Of a DNA stretch of 64,000 nucleotides, positions 48,340-58,650 are shown one piece after another; positions within the stretch are counted from its first letter, which is position 1, and each line of letters starts with the position of its first letter. The DNA is from Apus apus (Eukaryota), in the NCBI RefSeq assembly GCF_020740795.1, contig NC_067282.1, forward strand, positions 18,025,172 through 18,089,171, in the 5' to 3' direction. The notes beneath the pieces were generated by a model. The model did no database searches, was not told the DNA's origin, and was given only the letters and a program-made list of their open reading frames with translations. Position numbers and translations under genes: made by a program.

Positions 48340-49562
48340 GTAACTAACCTATGTTCTTATTGCTAGCTTGCTAAGTATACTAGCCAATTGTGGTAACTTT
48401 GGAGGAACCTGACCCAAAAATATCATGAGTGCAGCAGAAGTTTTGAGAGACAACTTGATACTACAGCCTTCTTCTCCCTTCCAGAAGAATCAAACACCTG
48501 TTAGAGCATTCTCTCCTAAGAATATCCTAGTGTAGATGGAGCTTTACATTCAGCTCTGAGAAACTGAGAGGGAGAGGAGGGGAGTTTCAAGGAAAATCCA
48601 GGTATTTATCCATAAGAAAGTCTTCACTAGCAGAGAGGTACAGGCAAAGCAGAGAGACTATGGGGAATGGGGATAAGCATGACTGGAAGAAGTCATATTG
48701 CTGGCATGCAATGGGACAATCTCTGGAATGAGGAGGGAGCAATGAGAGAAACCTGCACAAGTGACATTGGATGTTTGCTGGTTATGGTAGCTCTCTCTTG
48801 ACTTTGGAAACTACAAGAGATGCCTGCATCAATTAGCCAGCAGGTGTAATTCTGTCAGTCTGTGAAGTCTTAACTGATTAAAGCTTTATATCTCCAAATT
48901 GTGTAGGGGACACAAGAAAATAATTATTTGTCCATTAAATTATGTTACGCATGACCATGATAAACATTTAATACAACTCAGGAGCATCATCTCAGCCTGT
49001 AGTCTGTAACATATTAAGATTGTGAGCTATTTAGAATTATAATTGGGTGTGTGTTGTGTAACTTAAGTCAACTCATATAAAGCCATTTTCCTGATCCTTT
49101 GGCCCAAGAATTCCTAGGCAGAAGAGTACCAAACATACATGTTGATGTGTGGTGGCAGTATAGCCCAGGCTGACTAGTTTGAATGCAGCAGCTACTGGAT
49201 CTCAGCTGATACATGTGCCAGAATTGCAGCAGAAGCAGAATCCACACTTCATTTTGTGTAGATCCTTCTTCTGTGTATGTACAACAGTATTTTACAGCAG
49301 AACTTCCTTGCCTCATAATTATATTAATAATTTGAATCTTAATAATGTAAAATACCTCTCTGCTCATATTTTATCACAATTCCTCTGAATTTGCCTGGTA
49401 TACGATAGAATAGGGTAAGAAATGTTTAGTTTAACTGATATATTACTTTCATTTTGAACATATGAATGACAGTATAATGATACTCCACACTATATTAGAA
49501 GAAGTACTGTTTTGATTACTAATTCTGGAATAATCTTGTTTCCTTGTAATTTTACTGAACAG

Positions 49563-50222
49563 GCATGTTCCTCATCTGTACAACATTTTTGTTCAGCTGA
49601 TTTCCAAGGTGAACCTGCAGGCTTCCAGTTTCAGTCTTCAGGCGTTCCTGTTAGTCAAAAGAGCATCTCATCAAAAAACAGGGCACAGAGCTTTGCCAGT
49701 GTTTCTGATCTTGAAAGTGATGTTGACAGCCTCAAATCAGATTCCAGTTTGGATGGAGATACCACAATAGAGACATCTGGAACAAGGTCTCCTTCACCAC
49801 ATTGCTTGCATCTGCTGGAAGATACTGAACTTCCCTCGTTAGGAACTGCTCTGACTCAACACAATTCACTTCAGGCACCTGCACTTAGAAAATCTGGTGT
49901 TTTCATGGATGTTCCTAAACCTGCTTCTCCTCCTGCTTCTCCCCTTTGCTCTTCTTTTCTAGAATTGGTGGGAGGCATGAAACCACTTTATTCTCCTTGT
50001 GTTCCTCCTCCAATGGTGGGTTCAGCATTGTTTGGTTCACCTACCCCCACATGCGCAAATTCTGAAAAGACTAATGTTGAAAACCAAGTCACTCCCGAAT
50101 TCAGTGTTTTTAAAGGTGATAGATCAGCAACAGCAGTAGTGCGACTGGCAAAGAAAAAGTCAGTTCCAACCTGTAATGATCCAACTCCTGAAGAAGGATT
50201 TACTGGGGGCTTTAGTGCTGGG
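49563..50222 (+). CDS. PARP4: PARP4 large exon (Ser/Pro-rich low-complexity region, 220 codons)
   Basis: ttactgaacag|GCA; 660-nt open frame (part of ORF 49512..50285) ending at donor GGG|gtgagt. Ser/Pro/Thr-rich composition, as in the large proline-rich exon of mammalian PARP4. Sequence similarity to human is weak (region evolves fast). Confidence 0.75.
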
Positions 50223-50601
50223 GTGAGTATTTCATCTGTAGGATGCTACAAATGTCATGCTGAAATCCAAGCTGCTTTCAGCTGATGAAAGCTCCCTTAA
50301 AGATTTGTGTTTCGAGGTTCGGGGGTGCACAGCCTGAAAAGAACATGGTAGGAGTGGTAATGAGGCTGCTTTCCAATTCAAGAAATCTGAACCTGCAATG
50401 CAGAAAGCATTCTTTTTTGTTTGTTTGGGTTTCAGTTACCTTTTTCAAAGTGATAAATCTGATACTCTGAATTCTGCCTCTTATTCCTTACTACTTTAAT
50501 AGGCAACTTCTAAATGGAATTACTTTGTACCATGAAATAGTAGCTATATGAGTCTTTGTGGTAGAATGAGATTCTTAATGAGCATTATTCTGTTTGTTCA
50601 G

Positions 50602-50697
50602 GAACAGTTTTGCCATTCTATGCCAAGTCCTACGTTTCGGCCACTTTGTCGACGCCGTTTGGTAAATAGGAATGAAATTCCTGAACTCCAAGATCAG
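50602..50697 (+). CDS. PARP4: PARP4 candidate cassette exon (paralogous copy A of duplicated exon; inclusion uncertain)
   Basis: tgtttgttcag|GAA...CAG|gtgcag; 32 codons in frame (EQFCHSMPSPTFRPLCRRRLVNRNEIPELQDQ). Paralogous in sequence and flanks to exon 51348..51449 (EQSRCFITPDKERIQQRRELTSVNWKEIFALQNQ). Both are multiples of 3 with phase 0/0, so either or both can be included without breaking the frame. Confidence 0.45.
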
Positions 50698-50976
50698 GTG
50701 CAGTACCCATCCTCTATTCATGCATTGCTAAAAATAAAATCTAAGCAGAAGGAGAAATTATCTTTGGAGACAAACATTGTGTACATTATTTGGGTTTTTT
50801 TTTGCTTTTAACTGATTTTATAAAGAGAATGATGACATCAAAGTCATGCTGTTTTTGTTCCTTTCATGGGCAATCCATCATGCTTAAGAAACAGTATAAA
50901 ATCAGACCCAACAAGTGGTGATAACATCTCCAGAGAAAGTTTACTCTAGATTTGCCCAGTATAAGGCAGAACAGGG

Positions 50977-51790
50977 TAAGAAATTTTAATTTTGAACAAT
51001 ACATTTTAATTTTAATTTTAACATACAAATGGCAGTATAATGATAATGTGCATAATACCAGAAGACATACAGCTTTGATTAAAAAGAGAAAAAATGTCTC
51101 ACTAACTCTGGAATTATTTCATTCCTTGTAATTTTGCTAAACAGGAACTTTCTCCAGCCGTGACTGATGTTTGTGCAAATGCTTTCCTAAGTGAAAGAGG
51201 AAGAACCTTTTTCAACCAGAAGGAGGTTTTTTTTAAAAAAAAAAGAGGAGTGGTTTATAAACTTTTAAATGCAATTACTTTGTGTCATGATGTAATAGCT
51301 GCATAGGTAATGGTGGTAAGGGTCTTAATTAACATTATCCTCTCCAGGAACAATCAAGGTGCTTTATAACACCAGATAAAGAAAGGATTCAACAGAGACG
51401 TGAGTTGACTTCTGTAAACTGGAAAGAAATTTTTGCACTCCAAAATCAGGTACAGTATGCAGAGGCTATTTGTGTATTACTAAAAAGACAACATAAATAG
51501 AAGGAAAAAAATATTTTTACTTTAATCCTGTTCTGAGAAAAAGCAAAGTACATTTCTAAAATGTTTATAAACAGGTTTTACAAGTGTATGATGACATCAG
51601 TCATACTATGTTTTTATTCATTTCATGGGCAACTCAGCAATGGGTATGTGAAGAACAGTATAAAATCAAGACCAACAGGTAGAAATGCATCTCCAGAACC
51701 TTGTTTTACAGCCTCCATCAGTCTGCAGCTTAAGGACTTACTGGGACAAGTATAAAAACATACAGGGGAAGCTAAGTGGAAGAAGTGGAT
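50977..51790 (+). repeat. PARP4: Intragenic tandem duplication, unit 2 (large-exon homologue degenerate; contains exon copy B)
   Basis: See unit 1. The position corresponding to the large exon (51144..51240) is degenerate and not coding. Exon B (51348..51449) is paralogous to exon A. Confidence 0.75.
51348..51449 (+). CDS. PARP4: PARP4 exon (paralogous copy B)
   Basis: cctctccag|GAA; EQSRCFITPDKERIQQRRELTSVNWKEIFALQNQ vs human ...QDSCFLQIKCDTKDD...QHWQDAVPWTELLSLQT; donor CAG|gtacag. Directly precedes the exon matching human EDGFWKLTPELG. Confidence 0.75.
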
Positions 51791-53273
51791 GCAAGTAATG
51801 CACATTATGCAAGAAAATAAAAAGTAGTTGGGTTTTAGAGGAGAGAGATGTTGCAGCAGGAACTTCCACTGGAGTGTCAGACCAATTGCTAGGGAAACTG
51901 AAGGAAACTGTAATGTCCAAGAATCCTGCAGGAAAATGTTTACTCTTGTTGTTTTTGGTATGTCCTGTGTGGTGGGAAAAGTCCCTGTCCCACAGTTTGG
52001 TGAGCTTACCAGCTTAAGGAGTGAGGTCATGATCAACAATCAGATTGTGAGTGTCACAGTCAGTATCTGTAAGTGGTAAACTGATGGAGGTTTTTTCAAG
52101 AGTATTACATGATCCAAATGAAGAAGCCACTGTGGAATGTCCCCAGTGGAAACTCCTCTCATTAATTGACAAAGTGGCCATTCAGCCTGGTGAAATGTTG
52201 AATTCCCTTTCCCCTGGAGTACATCCTGTACAATAGACTCAGTAAGTCTTCCAGATGTCCCAGCTTCATGTTCCTTTGTGCAGCAGAGTCCACCTAGTAT
52301 TTGCACCCTCATGACTCTCTTACTATTGCATCATTCTGTGTGTGATTTATGATTGTGATTTACTTCTGTGGGAATTTACTTTCAAAGTGCCGTTCAAGGT
52401 ATTTTCTTTTTCAGCAGAATTGCCACTTCTTGAATTTTAAAACCAAAAGTTTCTCAGGTTTTTTTATGCTAATTGAACTTAATATTCAATTTTTCACATA
52501 ATTTGGATAATTTACTATCTAAACTTCCCCTTTAAGTCATATATTCTAAATTACAACAAATGATTATAAATTTGTGCCCATGGTTACAGTTTTCTAAGAC
52601 ATAAAGCTGCAAGGATGGGTAAAGCTTCAAAAGTATATTTAAATATTGAAGATAAGTATTTAAACATCCTGTTGAAAGCTTGTCTTCCATCTGACCTGAG
52701 GGTAATTGGCAGATTGGACCATTTGGCAGATAATTTTACTCATGAGTTCTCTAATTAAAACAATAACGGAATAGGATTGGTTTTGTTAATATCGCATTTA
52801 ACAACATATATATTAAACTTAATAATTGTATAGAGACTGCATTTTCAGCAGAGGAGAGGAATCCTGTATTGTTTCTTTTGAGTAAGGAGAATGCTTATTT
52901 CTTAGCACCTTTAAAACTAATTTTCAGAAGGAATTTTTTTGAAATAAATTTGCAAAGGCTACGTTGTCAGTGTGTATATTTTATATTAGAGTGATTTAAA
53001 AGTGACATTGTTCTTACTGTAAAAGGGTTTTTTTACCAGGTAGGCCAACTACAACATTCTGGGTCAATTACAGATATTTGATGGTATATAAAGGATTTTT
53101 GAAGTTTAATATTTGAATCACCTATATGGATTATGTGGGTTTCAGTTTTTGAGTTTATGAGAGCTTTTTAAAAAAATATTTAAAGTAATTCTCCTGTGCC
53201 TATTTTGTTCTTGCCAAGTACATTTTCAATATCCTGGATCTTTGGCTTATACCTATCTTTCTTTATTCTGTAG

Positions 53274-53376
53274 GATGGCTCTTGGAATCTCAGTCCACAG
53301 TTGGGAAAAATCTTGAAATTTGATGTTGATAATTTAATTAACAATTTCCTTATTAGAAAAGGCATTCAGTCACTTG
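53274..53376 (+). CDS. PARP4: PARP4 exon (MVP-interaction region)
   Basis: tattctgtag|GAT; DGSWNLSPQLGKILKFDVDNLINNFLIRKGIQSL(G) vs human EDGFWKLTPELGLILNLNTNGLHSFLKQKGIQSLG; donor G|gtaaat, phase 1. Confidence 0.92.
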
Positions 53377-54249
53377 GTAAATATTTTTCTGTCATTAAAA
53401 AGCAGTACATTGTGATATATTTCCTATCCATGTGTGTTTCTACACTATATGTCTATTGGAACTCTCACTAAGAAATGCTTAGAATTTAATTTGATCTCTT
53501 AAAAGTTTTCAAAAGTGCCTGATTTTAATAATACAGTTTTTTAAAAAATTCTCTCACAATATAGTGTCCTGATTGCTAAGCACATTTCCTGGAAAAATGT
53601 GTGGAGGTTGTGAGATAGTTGGAGTAGGAATAGGGGTTCTTTTATCTCAATTATTGTATCTGCTATATTAATATCTACTAAAGAAAAAAAAAAAAAAGGA
53701 AGAAAAGTCTCTCCTAGGAGAGAGGCAGAGATCACTTCTGCTTTTCACATTTCAAATAATGTGAATAGTATTTATCTAATTTTTCCCTACAAACACACTG
53801 CCTGCAGCATTCAGTGTGCATTCCTGTAGAGACTTTGCTGTTTGATTCTGTCAGTTGGTGCACTTTGCTGGCAGCAGAGCAGAAAACTTTTGGGAAAAAA
53901 GACAGTTCCTTCTTTCTAAATCATTAGAAGGTGCAATCCTTCGTCAAAGGATGAAAATCTGACAAGTTTTCCAGTACTGCATGTATTAAAATCAAAGTAG
54001 ATTAGGACCCAAGCAAACACAAACTGCAGAAATCCCAACAAAGTGTTAGCAAGTTCAAGTTTGAAAGCCAGGAGCATGTTGGTCAAATCACTCCTGTGAA
54101 CACTCTTGACAGTAGTGACTATAAGGTGAAACAACTCAATAGCATTAGGAGAACTGATGTTTTAAAGGGATATGGAATGCATTGCAGAAAGTGCCTTTTC
54201 TGTTGTTGACAAATCATTTCATCAGTAACACCACTTTTCTTCTTTGTAG

Positions 54250-54382
54250 GTGCAAACAGAAAAGAAAAGCTGCTGCAGCTGATTGCCACTCTTCTTGTGC
54301 TACAGTTCATACGGTGCAGAAAGGAACTGAAAGGAATAGTTTTCAAAACACTGATGAAACTGGATGGCTCATCTAATTCAAG
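54250..54382 (+). CDS. PARP4: PARP4 exon (MVP-interaction region)
   Basis: ctttgtag|GT; (G)ANRKEKLLQLIATLLVLQFIRCRKELKGIVFKTLMKLDGSSNS vs human VKGRECLLDLIATMLVLQFIRTRLEKEGIVFKSLMKMDDPSIS; donor AG|gtgtgc, phase 2. Confidence 0.95.
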
Positions 54383-55750
54383 GTGTGCTTTTAATAATAT
54401 CTTAGAGTGTAATGTAGCAATATAAACCTTCTCAACAAACAGAAGATCAGTTTTGTTATGTAGAGTCAGGATATGGTTGTAAAAGAGGGAATGGAAAGTA
54501 GTAATATTGGTGGAATGTGTTTTCTTGTAAGAGGATGGAGGGAGAAGGAGTGCTTTGCAAAATATGATACAAAAATTGAGAATTACAGAAAGTAGTAAAA
54601 GATATTTTATACTTCTTATTAGAATCATTGAATAATTCAGGTTGGATATGAACTCTGGAGCCCATCTCTTTCTTAAATCAGGGCCAATTCATATGGTGGC
54701 TAAATTGTTCAGGATCTTGCCCAGCTGAGTTTTAACCATCTTTAAGGATGGAGATTCGTCAGCCTCAACTTTTTACAGCCAGCCTTTGCCAGTGTCTAAT
54801 TGCACTTAGTTTAGAAATTAGGAAAACAAAATCTGTTGGATTTTTCCTTCACGACACCTGTGCCTGTTGGCCTGCACCCTTTTATAGGATTATATTTATG
54901 GCTTGGTATTCTTCACAAGCTTACACCATAAAATATTCTGGACAAACTCTTGAAATCAGTAGAGCAGATGATTCTTTACAGCCCAACTTCTACCTTATCC
55001 TTTAACCATTGGGAATGCAGGTTCTGGATTATTCTGAACCCTGCCCCCCTCACTTCTCCATGTCCCTATTCTCTATGGTCTTTTGAATATAAGGTCCCTG
55101 CATCTGGAAATTCCCTTTTTTGGGGAGTGAAGTGAACAATTATCAGCTGGCAGGAAGAAAGACAAAGGTCTTAAAAAGAAGGGTGAAGGAACAGGCCTCC
55201 AGTCAATCTGGATTGCCCCAGCCACCAACTGATTGCTTGTGCCAAAATGGGAAGCTTTACACACTTCATACTTTACAGGGCATAAAGGATAAAGAAACAG
55301 TAAGGAAAGCCCTGGAAATCTTCCTCCCTCTTCTGAAATTCCTTGACAGAGGGAAAAACTGCTTCTATAATTTTGGCTGCTCTAGTCAGGAATACAAATG
55401 AAATTGCAGGCTGCTGGATGAAAGCAATTCTACCATATGTGAATGTACAAAGGAGGAGTCAAGTTGACCTTTATGAAATGCATAGACCTTCACTTTGGTG
55501 ACTGGAATAGTGCAAATAAATGCAAGTAATAGTTATGAGTTCATATACTTCCCATCTGGAAGATTCTAAAAAGACAGGGCAGATGGTGATGTTTTCTGCA
55601 TTAGATAATATTTTATACAATCTGGATCATAGTAGTATAGAAAAATTAATCTGTCAAAGAAGTATCATTAGAAGGAGTTATTTTCTTCTAGCTCCGTTGG
55701 TAGATTTACAAGGTTTTATTATAATAATAAAATTTTGTTTCTACATACAG

Positions 55751-55901
55751 TGGTGTTCATTGGGCCTTTGAGTTGATCACAAAAGCAACAGAGTGGGTAA
55801 GAAGAGCTGAAAAACAATTTCCATCTATTTGCTATCGACTTGAACTTGGGGAAAACTGGGATTCTGCCACCAAGAAGATACTGGGTATCAAGTTTATCTA
55901 A
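55751..55901 (+). CDS. PARP4: PARP4 terminal coding exon (stop TAA 55899..55901)
   Basis: catacag|T; (S)GVHWAFELITKATEWVRRAEKQFPSICYRLELGENWDSATKKILGIKFI* vs human NIPWAFEAIKQASEWVRRTEGQYPSICPRLELGNDWDSATKQLLGLQPI. Confidence 0.93.
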
Positions 55902-56065
55902 CATTAATTATCTTTCTACTTAAAATATTTTCTCACATAATTCTTTAAGATAATGGCAGAGTTAGCTTTCCTTGCAGTTTTCCATAAAAAGTTGAAATTT
56001 ATGACAATTGATTTTGTATTATTACTGAATAATAATTCTGATAGTCACAGACTTAAAGGTATGGA

Positions 56066-56071
56066 AATAAA
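56066..56071 (+). other. PARP4: Candidate PARP4 polyadenylation signal (AATAAA)
   Basis: AATAAA hexamer about 165 nt downstream of the PARP4 stop. Without transcript data I cannot tell whether this is the used site or whether a longer 3' UTR runs toward 57.5 kb. Confidence 0.3.
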
Positions 56072-57844
56072 GGGCCTTGTAGTTAAGTAAGTCTTGATTT
56101 TACATATATGTACTATTTTACTTACCTGTAACTCTCTTAAAAATACCTTAATAGTTCAGGGTTTTTTACATGAATCACTTTGGTTGACTGCGTATCACAA
56201 AAGTACTTTTATAATATCTGTGTTTTGATTTCTCCTAAAAATCTTACGTACTTTTTAAACGGCAAAGCAAGCATACTTCAGTAATGCAGTTAAATATTGC
56301 AGATGTGTTGTCAGATAAAAGAATGTGATCAACAAAGAACTAATAAATGTCTTCATATCAGTGGATGGTTTTGTAATTCTTACATTGTGCCTTAAAACGC
56401 AAACAGCAAAACTATTATCTCCTGCACTGCTTTTGTTATCAGTCATCGGTCAATTTGTGAAGACATAGGTCAGTTTTGTTACAAGGAATGAGTTGTTTTG
56501 TGTGGGTTTTTTTTCCTATTACTCTGTATTCTGATTTCATTCTGACAACCTAAGTGATAAGTTTTATTGTATACTGGGCCAAACACTGAAACCTATAAAC
56601 AAAACCAGATTAAAAGGGATTTATTTCAATTTAATGGGCTTTTTCACACATTATCTCTTCTAAATGAAGGAGCTGCACAGAATCATGCTTTGGTACTTGG
56701 TGATGTGAGGCAATGTAGCTTGAGAGGTAGCAGGACTGCACTGAGGTGGGATCCCGTGTGCACAGAACATGCTCTACGCTGGTTTGTCCAGCCAATGGAA
56801 ACACTGGGAAGCAGGAAGTTCCACAGCCAGCAGAGGGAATGTGTTACACTGCCCTTGAAAACAATACTCCCCAGCAGTTACAGGGAAGGGTTGGAAGAGG
56901 TTACTAAGGAAAATTCTGGAATTTCTTTCGTAAATGTTTTCCTGATAATTTTAAGCAAGCATCTCCCAAGGATGGAGTAGATGCAGTGGATCTTGCAGAG
57001 GAGGTTGCTACGACAGGTATCCTGAGGTCCTGTTTCCAAAGGGCTCCGAATCCCAGTCTTCATGTGTGCAGTAATACTGGCTCTTTTTAGTAAATAATAC
57101 AAAGGAAAGATTTGTACTACATTTCCTGCTTGAAAAGAGCTAGGATGTGGGTTTCTTAAGAACTAAAGAGACTCCTTAATGTACAGTGATAAAGGAGCTT
57201 CTGAATCTGCTGTTGAAGTCTTTGTAAGGTCAATGGCTGCATTACTAGAGTTACCTTAGAAAGTAAGTGCTGGCAAAAAATATGATTAAAAGAAACAATT
57301 TATTTTTTTTTCACTGCAGTTAATTATGCCATAAAATATGTAACTATATAAAAAGTGAACTATAAAAATTGTGTTTTCACTGTTGTGAAACAGTGTACCT
57401 ACCCCCATACAGGTATGTGCAGTGATTACACATTCACACTAAAACCTGAGATTTGAATTCTTTAAGAAATCCTTTCTAAGATACAATGAATTAATACTGT
57501 GGCTCTAGCAAAGGCAATTAAATAGGCCAGTTGGGTGGGGTTTATTCTTCTTATCTCCTGCATGTTCTGTAAGAGGAGCTGTGCTTGCCTACAGGCGAGT
57601 TTCTTAACATACAAATTCTATGAAATTTACAAGGATTTTTTTTCCTAACGAGAAACCCCAGCGGGGACTCGTCCAGGGGGGTCCATGTACATCCTACCTC
57701 TGCGTTTCCCCTAAATCTCACCCAGCTGAGGGCACTTCGTACCCGGGTATTCCGCACCTTCCTTGCACGTGGGAAAGCCGAGCCCGCCTGGGCACCGCGT
57801 CAACGGCCTCGGGGGCTCCAGTCCCCGCACGCCACTGCCTTCAG

Positions 57845-58050
57845 GCCCCCTGACCAGGCCCCGCACGCCCCTGACCAGACCCTGCACGGCCTGACGCGGC
57901 CCCGCACGCCCCCTGACCAGGCCCCGCACGCCCCCTGACCAGGCCCCGCACGCCCCTGACCAGGCCCCGCACGCCCCATGACCAGGCCCCGCACGCCCCT
58001 GACCAGGCCCCGCACGCCCCTGACCAGGCCCCGCACGGCCTGACGCGGCG
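57845..58050. repeat. Tandem minisatellite, about 10 copies of a 21-22 bp unit GACCAGGCCCCGCACGCCCCT (C-rich on +, G-rich on -)
   Basis: Seen directly in the sequence. Near-identical units with a few variants (GACCAGACCCTGCACGGCCTGACGCGG...). The minus strand reads GGGGCGTGCGGGGCCTGGTCAGGGGCGTGCGGGGCC..., i.e. repeated G4/G3 runs. Confidence 0.9.
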
Positions 58051-58223
58051 CGCGCCGCCAGCCCCTCCCGCTGCGGGCACGGAGGCTGCGGGCTGAGGCC
58101 CCGCCCCCTTACGTCACGGGCTGGCCGAGCGCCGATTGGCTGCGGCGCCGCCTCGCGCCCGCCTCGCGCGGCCGCGGATGTCGCAGCCGCCGTTCCCCGT
58201 CGTCGTTTGAAATCCGGCCCAAG

Positions 58224-58478
58224 ATGGCGGCGGCGGCGGCGGGCGGGAGCGGGGCTGAGGCGGCGGCGGGCAGGCCGGGGGGGGCGGGGGAGGAGGAGGA
58301 GGAGGCGGCGGCCGTGGCGGGGGAGGATGAGGAGGACGGGGAGGCCGGCGGCGGCGGGGCTGGCAAGGCGGCAGCGGCTGGCGGGGAGGTCGGCGGCGGC
58401 GGTGAGAGCGAAGAGGAGGAGGATGAGGAGGAGGACGTGTTCGAAGTGGAGAAGATCCTCGACGTGAAGACCGAGGGG
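58224..58478 (+). CDS. MPHOSPH8: MPHOSPH8 (MPP8) exon 1 coding part (ATG 58224)
   Basis: MAAAAAGGSGAEAAAGRPGGAGEEEEEAAAVAGEDEEDGEAGGGGAGKAAAAGGEVGGGGESEEEEDEEEDVFEVEKILDVKTEG, ending with donor GGG|gtgagt. The C-terminal part matches human MPP8 ...EEEVFEVEKILDMKTEGGK and joins in frame to the chromodomain exon. Confidence 0.8.
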
Positions 58479-58579
58479 GTGAGTGCGCGGCGCGGCGGCT
58501 GGCAGTGCGGCGGCCCCGGCCGCTCTCCTGGCTCCGCGGCGGGGCCTGCAGGGCGGCGGCGGGGCCGGCGGCGGCGGGG

Positions 58580-58650
58580 CCGGCTGCCCCGTGCCTGGGG
58601 CTGCCCCGTGCCCGGGGGCTGCCCCGTGCCTGGGGGCTGCCCCGTGCCGC
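58580..58650 (+). repeat. Tandem repeat, 4 copies of about 20-21 bp GGCTGCCCCGTGCCTGGGG in MPHOSPH8 intron 1
   Basis: Seen directly: cggctgccccgtgcctggggctgccccgtgcccgggggctgccccgtgcctgggggctgccccgtgccg. Confidence 0.85.

Larger units (their letters stand above)
49405..50976 (+). repeat. PARP4: Intragenic tandem duplication, unit 1 (contains PARP4 large exon and exon copy A)
   Basis: Direct similarity between 49418..49562 and 50977..51143 (gtaagaaatKtttaRttt...cagtataatgata...ccttgtaattttRctRaacag), between 50500..50700 and 51240..51450, and between 50830..50976 and 51585..51770 (gatgacatca...catgggcaa...cagtataaaatcaRacc...). Confidence 0.75.

Noticed and set aside
54119-54628. 169-aa minus-strand ORF overlapping the PARP4 exon at 54250..54382 on the opposite strand
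   Set aside because: - AT-rich, low-complexity antisense ORF.
- The plus-strand exon has strong homology (LLQLIATLLVLQFIR...), so the antisense frame is coincidental.
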